A stretch of DNA of 64,000 nt, taken from the NCBI GenBank assembly GCA_963740315.1, contig CAVUDP010000001.1, forward strand, positions 1,536,001 to 1,600,000, given 5' to 3'. A program made the translations under genes and the position numbers. The notes beneath the pieces are model-generated. The model was not told the DNA's origin, ran no database searches, and saw nothing but the letters and a program-made list of their open reading frames with translations. The DNA comes from an uncultured cyanobacterium (lineage in GTDB: Bacteria; Cyanobacteriota; Cyanobacteriia; Cyanobacteriales; Nostocaceae). Shown in pieces: positions 1 to 9,717 of the stretch (within the stretch, counting starts at the first letter, position 1; each line of letters opens with the position of its first letter).

Positions 1-279
1 ACGACGGTAGAGGGGAAGTTGAATACAGTAAGCTGGAATCCACAAACCCAGGAAATTACTTTATGGACTAATGGTTCATCTAATCCGAAAATGCGAGTTA
101 AGTATTCCGATGGGGAGTATCAAGCGCTGTCAATTGGTAATACTCTTGAAGAAATTGAAGCTAATGGCTTAAGTGAAGCAGACGTTCAACACTTTCAGCA
201 GATAGCACCTTCTATTTACGCGAGAATTGCTGGAAATCAATCGGTAAAAATAGATAATAATGTGGAAAATGGTTACTAA
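1..279 (+). CDS. C-terminal part of a protein entering from the left edge (function unknown)
   Basis: Frame 1 is open from base 1 (TTVEGKLNTVSW...) to TAA at 277-279; the TTG start in the track is probably internal. Confidence 0.5.
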   Translation, partial: TTVEGKLNTVSWNPQTQEITLWTNGSSNPKMRVKYSDGEYQALSIGNTLEEIEANGLSEADVQHFQQIAPSIYARIAGNQSVKIDNNVENGY

Positions 280-329
280 TATTTTCGCTTAAATTAAATT
301 CAATATAAAAAAAGGAGAATATGTAAAAA

Positions 330-575
330 ATGACTCAAAAGAAAGAATACATTTCGATTCGTAATCCCTATCAAGACAAGACATCTGGAGAATTATTATC
401 TGAAGGTAAGCTTGATGTTGACCAACTATATTATCCGACTAGTGATGATTTAAAAAAAATGGAAGAACGAGATAAAGAAAACGAAGAAACTGAGAAACTT
501 GTTAATTCTGAAGAATTTAATCAAATCATTGAGGAAAATAGAAATAATCAGGATTCTGAAGACATAGAATTTTGA
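330..575 (+). CDS. Small acidic hypothetical protein
   Basis: 81-aa ORF with AGGAG upstream and a hairpin downstream. Confidence 0.6.
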   Translation: MTQKKEYISIRNPYQDKTSGELLSEGKLDVDQLYYPTSDDLKKMEERDKENEETEKLVNSEEFNQIIEENRNNQDSEDIEF

Positions 576-592
576 TTTGTTTATATTTTAAG

Positions 593-623
593 AGACGCTT
601 ATGGAAAGTTACCACAAGCGTCT
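593..623. terminator. Hairpin between convergent genes, probable bidirectional terminator
   Basis: agacgcttatgg...ccacaagcgtct inverted repeat between stops at 575 (+) and 633 (-). Confidence 0.55.
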
Positions 624-632
624 TCTGATAAA

Positions 633-1001
633 TTAGTATTCGCTTGCAAGCATTATCGTCATTACTCGAAACGTTTTGTCAACATTGCAAGGTTCTTCTG
701 AACCAATACCTTGTTGATATTTTTGTCGGTCAAAGTAATCTATTTTAAAGAAGAACTTTTCATCAAATAACTCTATTTTACCCATATCATGTTCTTTCCA
801 AGGGTCGTTATTTTCATTAAAATCGTTAAATTGCTTTACCGCTTGAAGTAATCTTTGTAGCTGGTTTGTATTTAAACAACCTACGACCTGCGTAATGATT
901 ACTTTTCCTAGCTTGGCATCAAATGTTTGACGAAATTTATCGTTGAGAGCGCAGATTTGAGCAGTTGAGTTTTTCTCGGTTTGATTTGTCATTTTGCTCA
1001 C
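633..1001 (-). CDS. DUF3768-family protein
   Basis: ICALNDKFR...FNENNDPWKEHDMG...FFFKIDY...RVMTIMLASEY pattern typical of DUF3768. Confidence 0.85.
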   Translation of the reverse strand: MSKMTNQTEKNSTAQICALNDKFRQTFDAKLGKVIITQVVGCLNTNQLQRLLQAVKQFNDFNENNDPWKEHDMGKIELFDEKFFFKIDYFDRQKYQQGIGSEEPCNVDKTFRVMTIMLASEY

Positions 1002-1215
1002 CGTTATTTTTCAACCCGGCTTGCTTTTTATTTATAAGTTTTGTTAATGGATAATAGTTAAACAAATCTGTAACGGCTTCGCAGAAAACATCAACTGGTA
1101 AAGTAAAGTTTATTTTGTCAACAGATTCTAATTGTTCAATTTCAGTTTTTAGTTCATCTACAGGTGAGTTAAGTTGCAACTTACCTCGAATCATCTTTAA
1201 ATCCTCGTGCTGCAA
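937..1215 (-). CDS. Hypothetical protein, paralog of 12153..12416
   Basis: Shares VDVFCE(A/S)VT(D/E)LFNY(Y/H)PLTK with ORF 12153..12416; start and end uncertain. Confidence 0.5.
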   Translation of the reverse strand: MQHEDLKMIRGKLQLNSPVDELKTEIEQLESVDKINFTLPVDVFCEAVTDLFNYYPLTKLINKKQAGLKNNGEQNDKSNREKLNCSNLRSQR

Positions 1216-1719
1216 TGGCTCAGATAAATGTTTTTAGCGTTAACTTGGTTGAGTTTAATCTCGGACTGATGCTTAGAAGAAAAGTTTTTTGCAGATAGAC
1301 TTAGTACTTATTTACCTACGGGAAAGAACTTTTATTACAAAATTGACTCAAAACTGCATAAGTTACTTTTGTTTGCACCTATATATTTTAATTTAGCGTT
1401 TATAAGTAAAGAATTATGCAATCTATCTAAAGAGATATTTTTTAGAGAAAAGCTTTACTTGTAGTAGATTTATTGACAAAACTATGTGATGCTCAGCTTG
1501 GTCACGTAATATACACAAAGACAAAACATAATTACTAAAACTCTGTTATTTAATTGATTTGAAGGTTATAGTTTTTGGTTTTAGAGTCACAAAGCTGACA
1601 GATAAGCACTTATGAGTCTTACTGCATATGTATAAATCATTTACATCTATTACTTATCAAGATGTTGTAAGCGGCTTGCGTTGCTGCCATTATCTATTTT
1701 AACGATTAGGAGAAAGGAA

Positions 1720-3180
1720 ATGCCGAAAACACGGATGAGAGATATTGTAGTTATTATTCCTGGAATCACAGGTAGTGTTCTCCAGAAGGATGGCAAAGAT
1801 ATCTGGGGACTTTCAAGACAGTCATTATGGCAAGCATTAAGTTCTTTTGGAGATTCGTTTAAACAACTCAAACTCAATGGCGACGACAATCCAGAAGCGG
1901 ATGATTTGGGAGATGGTATTACAGCTAAATGCTTATTTCCAGGCGCTCATTTGATACCAGGACTTGTTAAAATTGACGGCTACTCTGCAATTAAACACTC
2001 AATTTTTGATTATTTTGAAGTAACTGTTGGTACAAATTTTTTTGAATTTCCTTACGATTGGCGACGTGATAATCGAGCCAATGCTCGTATATTAAAAAAA
2101 TTTTTAGATGAAAGATTAAACAAGTGGCGGAAATCTCCTAATGGTGCTGAGGATGGAAAGGTAATTATATTGGCACACAGTATGGGTGGCTTGCTTGCTC
2201 GCTATTACCTGGAAGTATTGGAAGGATGGCAAGAATGTAGAGCTTTGATTACTTTAGGTACTCCGCACCGTGGATCTGTGAATGCATTTAATTTTCTTGC
2301 AAATGGCTTTAAAAAACCATTTTTTGATGATATCACTGAGGTGATGCGATCGCTGCCTTCGGTGTATCAACTGATGCCTATTTACCCAATGCTCAAGATT
2401 GGTGAGGAGAAACCTAAGCGAATTGCCCAAGCCGGTATTGACCTTCCTAATATTGACAAAGCAAAAGCCGAAGATGCTTTAAAATTTCATGATGAAATTC
2501 GGGATGCTGTAAACAAGCACCGTCAAGATGTAAATTATCTAAATAATAAGTATACACTGATTCCTGTGGTAGGTACGAAGCAGGATACGCTTCAGTCAGC
2601 AATTTTAACTGAAGATGGTCAGATTGATGCCAGTTTAGAACTACCATTCGGCTCCGATCCAGTTTTATATAATGGCGGCGATGGAACAGTTCCTTACATA
2701 TCTGCCATTCCCATTGAACTTACTTCGGAGTATCGACAAACCTACATTGCTGAACGGCATAGTTCTATTCAAAATCATGGGCAACTGTTGGATCAACTTT
2801 GCAATCTAATTGGGGCAATGCAAGTTAGGGGAACACAAAATTTTGAAAATCCGGGGATAGGTGATGTTTCACAAAAGCGAGCAGCAATCAGTTTAGATAT
2901 TGATGACGTGTATCTTCCTGGTGAAGTTATTGAATTTCGTGCCACCATCCGAGATGCAAGTGAAGATTTTGGAAAACTCAAAGCACGGATTACATCTGTT
3001 TGGGATGAAGACTTTTCACTACGCGCCGATTTTCAAAAACAAGATGGTCAATGGGTTTTACATCTCGATCCAAATGATTTTCCGACTGTAGGATTACACC
3101 GAGTGGAGGTCAAAGTTCATAAAGGTAATCTAAATGGTGTTCCTACGGCTGTTCATGATTTGTTTGAAGTGATTAAGTAA
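1720..3180 (+). CDS. Alpha/beta-hydrolase (LCAT/PGAP1-like lipase/acyltransferase) with a C-terminal beta-rich domain
   Basis: IIPGITGS oxyanion motif, FPYDWR, AHSMGG nucleophile elbow, LGTPHRGS, GDGTVP, late His (ERHSS); ATG 1720 follows AGGAGAAAGGA. Confidence 0.85.
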   Translation: MPKTRMRDIVVIIPGITGSVLQKDGKDIWGLSRQSLWQALSSFGDSFKQLKLNGDDNPEADDLGDGITAKCLFPGAHLIPGLVKIDGYSAIKHSIFDYFEVTVGTNFFEFPYDWRRDNRANARILKKFLDERLNKWRKSPNGAEDGKVIILAHSMGGLLARYYLEVLEGWQECRALITLGTPHRGSVNAFNFLANGFKKPFFDDITEVMRSLPSVYQLMPIYPMLKIGEEKPKRIAQAGIDLPNIDKAKAEDALKFHDEIRDAVNKHRQDVNYLNNKYTLIPVVGTKQDTLQSAILTEDGQIDASLELPFGSDPVLYNGGDGTVPYISAIPIELTSEYRQTYIAERHSSIQNHGQLLDQLCNLIGAMQVRGTQNFENPGIGDVSQKRAAISLDIDDVYLPGEVIEFRATIRDASEDFGKLKARITSVWDEDFSLRADFQKQDGQWVLHLDPNDFPTVGLHRVEVKVHKGNLNGVPTAVHDLFEVIK

Positions 3181-3211
3181 GTTTAATTTTAGTAGTAACT
3201 CTAGGAATTGA

Positions 3212-6200
3212 ATGATGACACAGATTAAAGAATGGATTTGGACGAAAGCAGAAAAGGAGGGTTTAGCTAAGTTTGCTACAGACTCAGCGCTTCAGCTATT
3301 TAAGCTGGATGAAAGCAGTTTTGATTTGAAACAAGAAGAGCAATTTGAATCCTTAATAGAAGCTATATACAACACCTTGGTCGAGCAGAAAATTAAATAT
3401 GACCGCGACAAATACACTACATCGGAAACAGCACAGCGTATTCGTACACCTGTTGAAATTCTCTCCCAAACACAAACACGCCAGGGAACCTGCTTGGATC
3501 TTGCACTCCTGTTTTGCGGTTTATGTCTGGGCTGCAATTTGTTGCCGAAGCTTATTTTGTTAGAAGGTCATGCCTTGGTTGCTGTATCACTCACCTTGAA
3601 ACGTGCTGATTGGAGCAGCAATAGAGATAATCAGAAAAAGTTTTTGGGTAAGCGCGTGGAAGATGCCAAAGGGACTGAGCGAATTCAGCCTGAAGTTTTC
3701 ACAAATGTAAAGACTGTGGAAGAGATGATTTTTTATGATGAGAATACTTGTATTGTTGAATGTACTGGCTTTGCTTATAGCAAAACTATGCAGCCTGACT
3801 CTATAGAGCTTGCAGGAATCGAACGAAATACTGATGGATTTTTAACATTTGAACAGGCAAAAAAAGTTGGTCGTAAGCAATTAAAGAAACTGCCTTTCAT
3901 GTACGCAATTGATATTGCTGTTGCACATGAATCTTGGGGAATTAAGCCTTTAGAGATTCCAAACTTATCAGATGTATTAAAACAAGATTTGGAAATTATT
4001 GCCGATATAAATATTAATAAATCTGAAGAAGACGATATAGCCGGAAACGAAATTGATAGCATACCTTCGAGTGGAAAAGTAGCTGCTAATGTAAAAGTTG
4101 GTGATGCTAGTAAATCAAAAATTCGAGGAAATGTGATAGGAGAAAAAAAAACTCAATATGAAAATGCTCAAATAAACACTAATGTATCTACATCTCCTGA
4201 ACTCAAATTTGCTGCCATCCCTTTTAAGGAAGATATTGAAAGACTGACTGAACATTTCACAGGACGTGAATGGTTGTTTAAAGACATTGAGAATTGGCTT
4301 GCAAACCCAGATGAGCAATTTTTCATTTTAACTGGAGAACCAGGAGTGGGCAAAAGTGCGATCGCAACTCAATTTATTAAAAATCGGAAAGACAAAAACG
4401 ACATTGCAGCTTATCACTTCTGTATTGCTGGTAGGGGTGGTACAACTGAACCTAATAACGTACTGCAATCTCTAGCCGCTCAACTTATTGAATATTTTCC
4501 AGATGATTATGCTAAGGCGTTAGTTAATACAATTAAACCATTCCATCTATCAGTAAGTGTCAACATTACTATTGAAACTATTAAGAATAGTGAAGTCCAG
4601 GGTGTGGTGATTAAAAATTTATACGCTAGTTATCCTTTAGAAGTTTTAGATATTGTGCTGCGTAAACCCTTACAAGCTATAGATTTGTCTCAAACTCAAA
4701 AACAAACTATCGTAATTTTGATTGATTCTCTTGATGAAGCTGTAACATATAAGGGGGAATATAACCTTGTCACTCTTTTATCTGAGTTAAAAGACCTACC
4801 ACCTTGGGTACGGTTTATATGTACGACTCGCCAAGAGCGACGGGTACTGAGTTATTTGGAAACTCTCAAGCCTTATATTTATCATCTGGAAGAATTGTCA
4901 CAAGACAACTTAGATGACATTTGCCAGTACATTGGCAGAAGACTTAATAGTGAGAACATACATGAGAAACTAGACAAATTTAAGGTGGAGAGCCAAACTC
5001 TAGTAAACAGCTTAGCCAGTAAGTCATCTGGTAATTTTCTTTACACACAATTAGTGCTGAATGAAATTAAGTCGGGCTATCTACCTCTTGATCAATTGGA
5101 TACATTACCAAGTGGTTTATACGGTATTTATCATGAAATGTTGCGTCGGCGCTGTACTGATGATGAATGGGAGAATAAATATCAGCCTATTTTAGGAACC
5201 TTAGCAGTTACTCAAGCACCAGTTAGCGAAACGCAGTTGGCAAATTTTACAAAAAATCGTCAACTTACTAGAACTAAAATTAAACAAAATTTAAGAGTAT
5301 TAATTCAGTTTACTGATATATTTCAAGATAAGTCTTCAAAAGACAAAACTTATACTTTATTTCACCAATCTTTTCGAGATTATCTACTAGATGAAAACAA
5401 AAATGAAGATTTCTACTGTGATGCAATAGAGCAGCACCAAGAAATCATTGATTTCTACAAAAAAGAAACTAATGATTGGAATTCCATGAACCAGCAAATA
5501 CTAGATAATTATGGCTTCTTGTACTTACCGAAACATTTACATTCAGCGGAACAAAAAGAAGAACTTTACACCCTGCTAACTGGCTCACCGAAATGGATGG
5601 AGGCAAAATCTAAAACCTTTGGGAATGCAGCTTATGTTGATGACCTAAACTTAGCAATTGATGACTTTGCTGATCCATTGGAAGAGCCAAACCAAATAGT
5701 AACACTCGTCAAGCTTTTCACAGCGCGACAGGTTGTTAACCAACGAGTGGGTATACCTAATTTAAGAACCTTGGTTCACTTAGGACGTGAAGTAGAAGCT
5801 CGAAGCTATGCTCGTCTCAGTGAAGATTCTGAAAGCAAGTTGAATTCTTTACTGATAATTCATTATGCACTGCAAGAATTAAGTCAGTTCGCTCCTGATA
5901 TTTTAGACGAGGCAGAAGATATTGTAGAGGGAGTTTGGAAGGACAATTTAAGTAAGGCTACAGTTCTAATTCAATTGGCAGTAGCCTTGATTGAAGCAAA
6001 GCGTGGTGATAAAGCAAAAGCTCTCCTGCACAAAGTCCCAGAAGTTGTAGAAGAAATTCAAGGGGAACATAACAAAGCAAAAACTCTGATTCAATTGGCA
6101 AATGCCCTAGCTTATGCTAAAGACTTTAGGGAGGCAGAAAAAGTTGCGGCAGCAGCAGAAAAATCAGCAAGGGCAATCGGGAGCTATCGTGCAAGAGCAG

Positions 6201-7984
6201 AGGCACTTATAGAAGTGGCTGAAGTTTTGGGAGAGATTGGATGTAGAACAAAAGCAGAACACCTATTCAATGAAGCCCAAAACGTCGCTCTCCAAGATGA
6301 GGACCGCTGGAGACAGGCACATGCATTGACTGAATTAGCAATTGCTTTGGCTCAGTTTGGGTCAAATGATGCAGATTTGGTCTTTAAAAAAGCGGAGGAA
6401 GTTGCAAATGCAATTCCGATATACTGGCAACGAGTAGATAGAATGATTGAATTAGTAGCTGCCCTAGTTAAAGCTAAACGTCAAAACAAAGCGATAGACT
6501 TGTTAGAAAAAGTAATTCTTTATATTGAAAGCATTGATGAGAATGATGAATACATAGACGATTTCACAGGTATTGCTCAAGGAAAATTAGCAGTAGCCAT
6601 AGCTCATGTGGGCGAATTCAACCAAGCGGAAAGGGTTGCAAATGTAATTGAAGATAAAGTCAAGAAGGTTGAGGTGTTAACTGAAATAGCAGCCCTTGCT
6701 CACGCAAAAAATGACGACAAAGCTAGAGACTTCTTTATTAAAGCAGAGGAAATGGCAGATGAATTAAAAGATGGCTGGATAAAATCCACAGCTTTAGGTA
6801 AGCTTGCAGAGGCTTTAGAAGAAGCAAATAACTTCAATAAAGCAGAGAAAATTGCAACCAAGGTACACAAAATCGAACGGACACTTAAGGAAGGTGGGAC
6901 AAAGCCTGAGATACTCAGTAAATTGGCAACAGTTTTAGCTGGAGCAGAGTATGACGACAATAAAGTTGATGCGGTATTTAGGGAAGCTCAAAAAGCTGCT
7001 TCCAACCTCAAAGATAACCTAGATAGGACAAAGGCACTAAGTAAATTAGCTGTAGCCCTAATTCAAAGTGGTAGGAATGCAAAGTTAATATTGACAGAGG
7101 TTGATAAAAATATACACGAAATTTTAGATACTGAAAAAAAATCCTTAGTTTTCGATAAAGAAGAACTAAAAAAATCACAACTACTAATTGAATTAACACT
7201 CAATCTAGCCCAGGCTAAGAATTTTTGCGAAGCAGAGAAAATCGCTAATGTCATTCAAGAGGAAATACCTAGGGCAGAGGCACAGAGCAAATTGGCAGTA
7301 GAGCTAGCTCAAGCTCAGAGGTTTTCTGAAGCAAAGAAAATTATACAAACAATTGAGTATGAACCAGCGAAGATTATGCCATTGATTAAATTAGCAGTAG
7401 CTCTAGCTCATACTGAAAAAAAAGAAGCAGACGCGATTTTTAGCGAAGCTGAGAAAATAGCACTTTCTATTGAGGACGACAACAATATTATCAAACCGTT
7501 GATACTCATTGAATTAGTGGCAAGCTTAGCTCAAGCTAAAAAATTTGATCAAGCAACAAAAATTACAAACTTAATTAACGAGCAATGGGCAAAGACTATA
7601 GCACTAAGTAAAATGGCAACAGCTTATGCTTTACTTGAAAGTTTCCCAGAAGCAGAGAATGTCGTAACAGAAGCAGAGAAAATTGCAAGAGGAATTGAGA
7701 ATAATATTTATTACTCATTCACAATGAAAGCGCTGGCAAAAACATTAGCTCAGATTAAACTTTTTAAAAAAGCTTTTAGTATTGTTGGCTTCAAAGAAAC
7801 ATCCAATGAATTCTTAGCTAATCTGATGGAATGGCAGCCTGCCTTTGAACAGTTTCAATCAGGTCTTTTAGCAAAGATTATGCAAGAATCAATATACATT
7901 TTTGGATGGGAATATCAAAATTGGTATGAAATTCATGCTACTTTATCCAATACTCAAATACAACTGGAGAATTCAAATAAATAA
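3212..7984 (+). CDS. STAND/NACHT-type NTPase with an N-terminal transglutaminase/papain-like domain and C-terminal TPR-like repeats
   Basis: N-term QRIRTP...GTCLDLALL...EGHAL; HFTGREWL, Walker A GEPGVGKS, Walker B ILIDSLDEA, GNFLY, FHQSFRDYL; long Ala/Leu-rich helical repeats. Confidence 0.85.
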   Translation: MMTQIKEWIWTKAEKEGLAKFATDSALQLFKLDESSFDLKQEEQFESLIEAIYNTLVEQKIKYDRDKYTTSETAQRIRTPVEILSQTQTRQGTCLDLALLFCGLCLGCNLLPKLILLEGHALVAVSLTLKRADWSSNRDNQKKFLGKRVEDAKGTERIQPEVFTNVKTVEEMIFYDENTCIVECTGFAYSKTMQPDSIELAGIERNTDGFLTFEQAKKVGRKQLKKLPFMYAIDIAVAHESWGIKPLEIPNLSDVLKQDLEIIADININKSEEDDIAGNEIDSIPSSGKVAANVKVGDASKSKIRGNVIGEKKTQYENAQINTNVSTSPELKFAAIPFKEDIERLTEHFTGREWLFKDIENWLANPDEQFFILTGEPGVGKSAIATQFIKNRKDKNDIAAYHFCIAGRGGTTEPNNVLQSLAAQLIEYFPDDYAKALVNTIKPFHLSVSVNITIETIKNSEVQGVVIKNLYASYPLEVLDIVLRKPLQAIDLSQTQKQTIVILIDSLDEAVTYKGEYNLVTLLSELKDLPPWVRFICTTRQERRVLSYLETLKPYIYHLEELSQDNLDDICQYIGRRLNSENIHEKLDKFKVESQTLVNSLASKSSGNFLYTQLVLNEIKSGYLPLDQLDTLPSGLYGIYHEMLRRRCTDDEWENKYQPILGTLAVTQAPVSETQLANFTKNRQLTRTKIKQNLRVLIQFTDIFQDKSSKDKTYTLFHQSFRDYLLDENKNEDFYCDAIEQHQEIIDFYKKETNDWNSMNQQILDNYGFLYLPKHLHSAEQKEELYTLLTGSPKWMEAKSKTFGNAAYVDDLNLAIDDFADPLEEPNQIVTLVKLFTARQVVNQRVGIPNLRTLVHLGREVEARSYARLSEDSESKLNSLLIIHYALQELSQFAPDILDEAEDIVEGVWKDNLSKATVLIQLAVALIEAKRGDKAKALLHKVPEVVEEIQGEHNKAKTLIQLANALAYAKDFREAEKVAAAAEKSARAIGSYRARAEALIEVAEVLGEIGCRTKAEHLFNEAQNVALQDEDRWRQAHALTELAIALAQFGSNDADLVFKKAEEVANAIPIYWQRVDRMIELVAALVKAKRQNKAIDLLEKVILYIESIDENDEYIDDFTGIAQGKLAVAIAHVGEFNQAERVANVIEDKVKKVEVLTEIAALAHAKNDDKARDFFIKAEEMADELKDGWIKSTALGKLAEALEEANNFNKAEKIATKVHKIERTLKEGGTKPEILSKLATVLAGAEYDDNKVDAVFREAQKAASNLKDNLDRTKALSKLAVALIQSGRNAKLILTEVDKNIHEILDTEKKSLVFDKEELKKSQLLIELTLNLAQAKNFCEAEKIANVIQEEIPRAEAQSKLAVELAQAQRFSEAKKIIQTIEYEPAKIMPLIKLAVALAHTEKKEADAIFSEAEKIALSIEDDNNIIKPLILIELVASLAQAKKFDQATKITNLINEQWAKTIALSKMATAYALLESFPEAENVVTEAEKIARGIENNIYYSFTMKALAKTLAQIKLFKKAFSIVGFKETSNEFLANLMEWQPAFEQFQSGLLAKIMQESIYIFGWEYQNWYEIHATLSNTQIQLENSNK

Positions 7985-8076
7985 AACTTGTGCAATTTGC
8001 ACGTAAAACGGTTTGTAAATTCATGCTACATCATTATACAACTATTTCAAAGCATAAAAACGGAGGTACTTGGAAT

Positions 8077-8739
8077 ATGAAATTCAATAATAATTCGACC
8101 GATAAGCAGTCTCGTTCTCGTTGGATTGGTTGGCTGTCACCGATGATAGCTGCCTCAATTTTAGGTTTAAGTAGTGGTAGTTTTGGCTATTTTATTGCTG
8201 GAAATAAAACCTTTTTTCAGGATTCAAAAGCAGATGCAATCAGAATACCAACTGGTTTCGATGATGCTGCCAAGTGGGGAGCAAAATCGATACGTTCCCT
8301 GGTACGAAAAAAACTCCCACAAGAAACTGTTGAAGCTGCTCTGAAGCAAGTCGATCAGTTATCCAAATCACCCCCGCAGCCTTTCAGAATACCTAAAAAG
8401 TTTCAAGCTTTTCCTATTATAGAAGATATAATAGCCTACAGAGTGCCTGGGGTTCAAGCTTCAGAGAATCTTCTTACTAAAGGACAGCCATTAAAACTAG
8501 ACAAAAATAAACCATTAAATGTTACTCACATTGTAAGAACAAAGGACAACCGTTATTGGTTGGAGCTTTATTCCTCTACTTCCAATACATCGGTATATAT
8601 TGAAGCTGATAAAGTTTTATGCGACATTCCTACTACTTATTGTTTAGGAACAATCCAAGAGTTGATAGACAACCCAGGTTTGATTAATGTTTATGCAAGC
8701 AAGCTTGAGAATCAAATTCCTTTGGGGATAGGATGGTAA
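8077..8739 (+). CDS. Membrane-anchored hypothetical protein, possible SH3b-like C-terminal domain
   Basis: GGAGG before ATG 8077; one hydrophobic helix; RVPG...KGQPL...NRYWLEL...SVYI resembles bacterial SH3. Confidence 0.55.
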   Translation: MKFNNNSTDKQSRSRWIGWLSPMIAASILGLSSGSFGYFIAGNKTFFQDSKADAIRIPTGFDDAAKWGAKSIRSLVRKKLPQETVEAALKQVDQLSKSPPQPFRIPKKFQAFPIIEDIIAYRVPGVQASENLLTKGQPLKLDKNKPLNVTHIVRTKDNRYWLELYSSTSNTSVYIEADKVLCDIPTTYCLGTIQELIDNPGLINVYASKLENQIPLGIGW

Positions 8740-8800
8740 AATAAAGTTGTTTTGTGCAACAAAATTTATTTGTTAATACATAAGGCACGTACTTTCAAGT

Positions 8801-8898
8801 AATAAAATATCCAGCCTTTGTGTTCCGCATTCCAGGGGGAACACCCATAATTCCTCGAACTTACCCAAAATACATTTGATAGGGCTGGATATTTTATT
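8801..8898. repeat. 98-bp element with perfect 16-bp terminal inverted repeats and an inner hairpin
   Basis: aataaaatatccagcc (8801-8816) / ggctggatattttatt (8883-8898); inner gtgttcc/ggaacac (8820-8843). Confidence 0.7.
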
Positions 8899-9056
8899 TT
8901 TTAATCTCCTTAAAGAATAGATAAAGAAAAAACTTACTTAATTTTTATTAATATGCCTTTGATTTCGCTCTTTTTTTAAGTATTAAGTTATCATACACAG
9001 TCTGGGAAAACCCGATTTATTGAATGTAAAAATAATATACTATACACAATTTAAAC

Positions 9057-9623
9057 ATGAATATTATTAGTAAAAAACTGATAAAAGGCAAGTTATTATA
9101 TTTGGTAATCGTCCCTTTATGTTGTGCAGTAGGATATTCAATAGGATACTTAAATACATCATCTTATGATAAGGCAATCACACAAGAAACACAATCTCTA
9201 TCTAAAGTAGCAGTACCTAAAGAAAAAAATGCAACAAATATTAGTCTCATAGTCAAGCTCAGTGAACGTCAGGTTCATGTATATCAGGGAAAACAAATAT
9301 TAAATAGCTTTCCCATTGCTGTTGGTAAATTGGGTTGGGAAACTCCGCTCGGAAAGTATCAAGTTATTCGTATGAGACAAGACCCGGTTTTCAAGAATTT
9401 TAAGACTGGTGAACTTATTAAACCAAGTCCAAAAAATCCATTAGGAAAACGTTTGATTGTATTTAAAAGAGGTGAAAAATTTGATTTTGCTATCCACGGT
9501 ACTAACCAGAATGAACTAATCGGTCAAGCAGTTTCTCATGGTTGTATTCGGATGTACAATAAAGATGTAATCAAATTATATGAAATGATTGATATTGGAA
9601 CTCCTGTATCTATATTACCTTAG
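9057..9623 (+). CDS. L,D-transpeptidase (YkuD/ErfK family)
   Basis: N-terminal TM, FPIAVGK...ETPLG, NPLG, IHGT...AVSHGCIRM, GTPV. Confidence 0.95.
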   Translation: MNIISKKLIKGKLLYLVIVPLCCAVGYSIGYLNTSSYDKAITQETQSLSKVAVPKEKNATNISLIVKLSERQVHVYQGKQILNSFPIAVGKLGWETPLGKYQVIRMRQDPVFKNFKTGELIKPSPKNPLGKRLIVFKRGEKFDFAIHGTNQNELIGQAVSHGCIRMYNKDVIKLYEMIDIGTPVSILP

Positions 9624-9717
9624 TATAAGTTAGCCCTGAAGAAGTTATGATTGTTGCAAATTTCGTAGCAATTGAAGCAGTGTTAAATGTGACTTGATTG
9701 ACTATTCTCCTTTCTCA

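Noticed and set aside
1630..1646. NtcA box upstream of the lipase
   Set aside because: GTA-N9-TAC spacing does not fit GTA-N8-TAC
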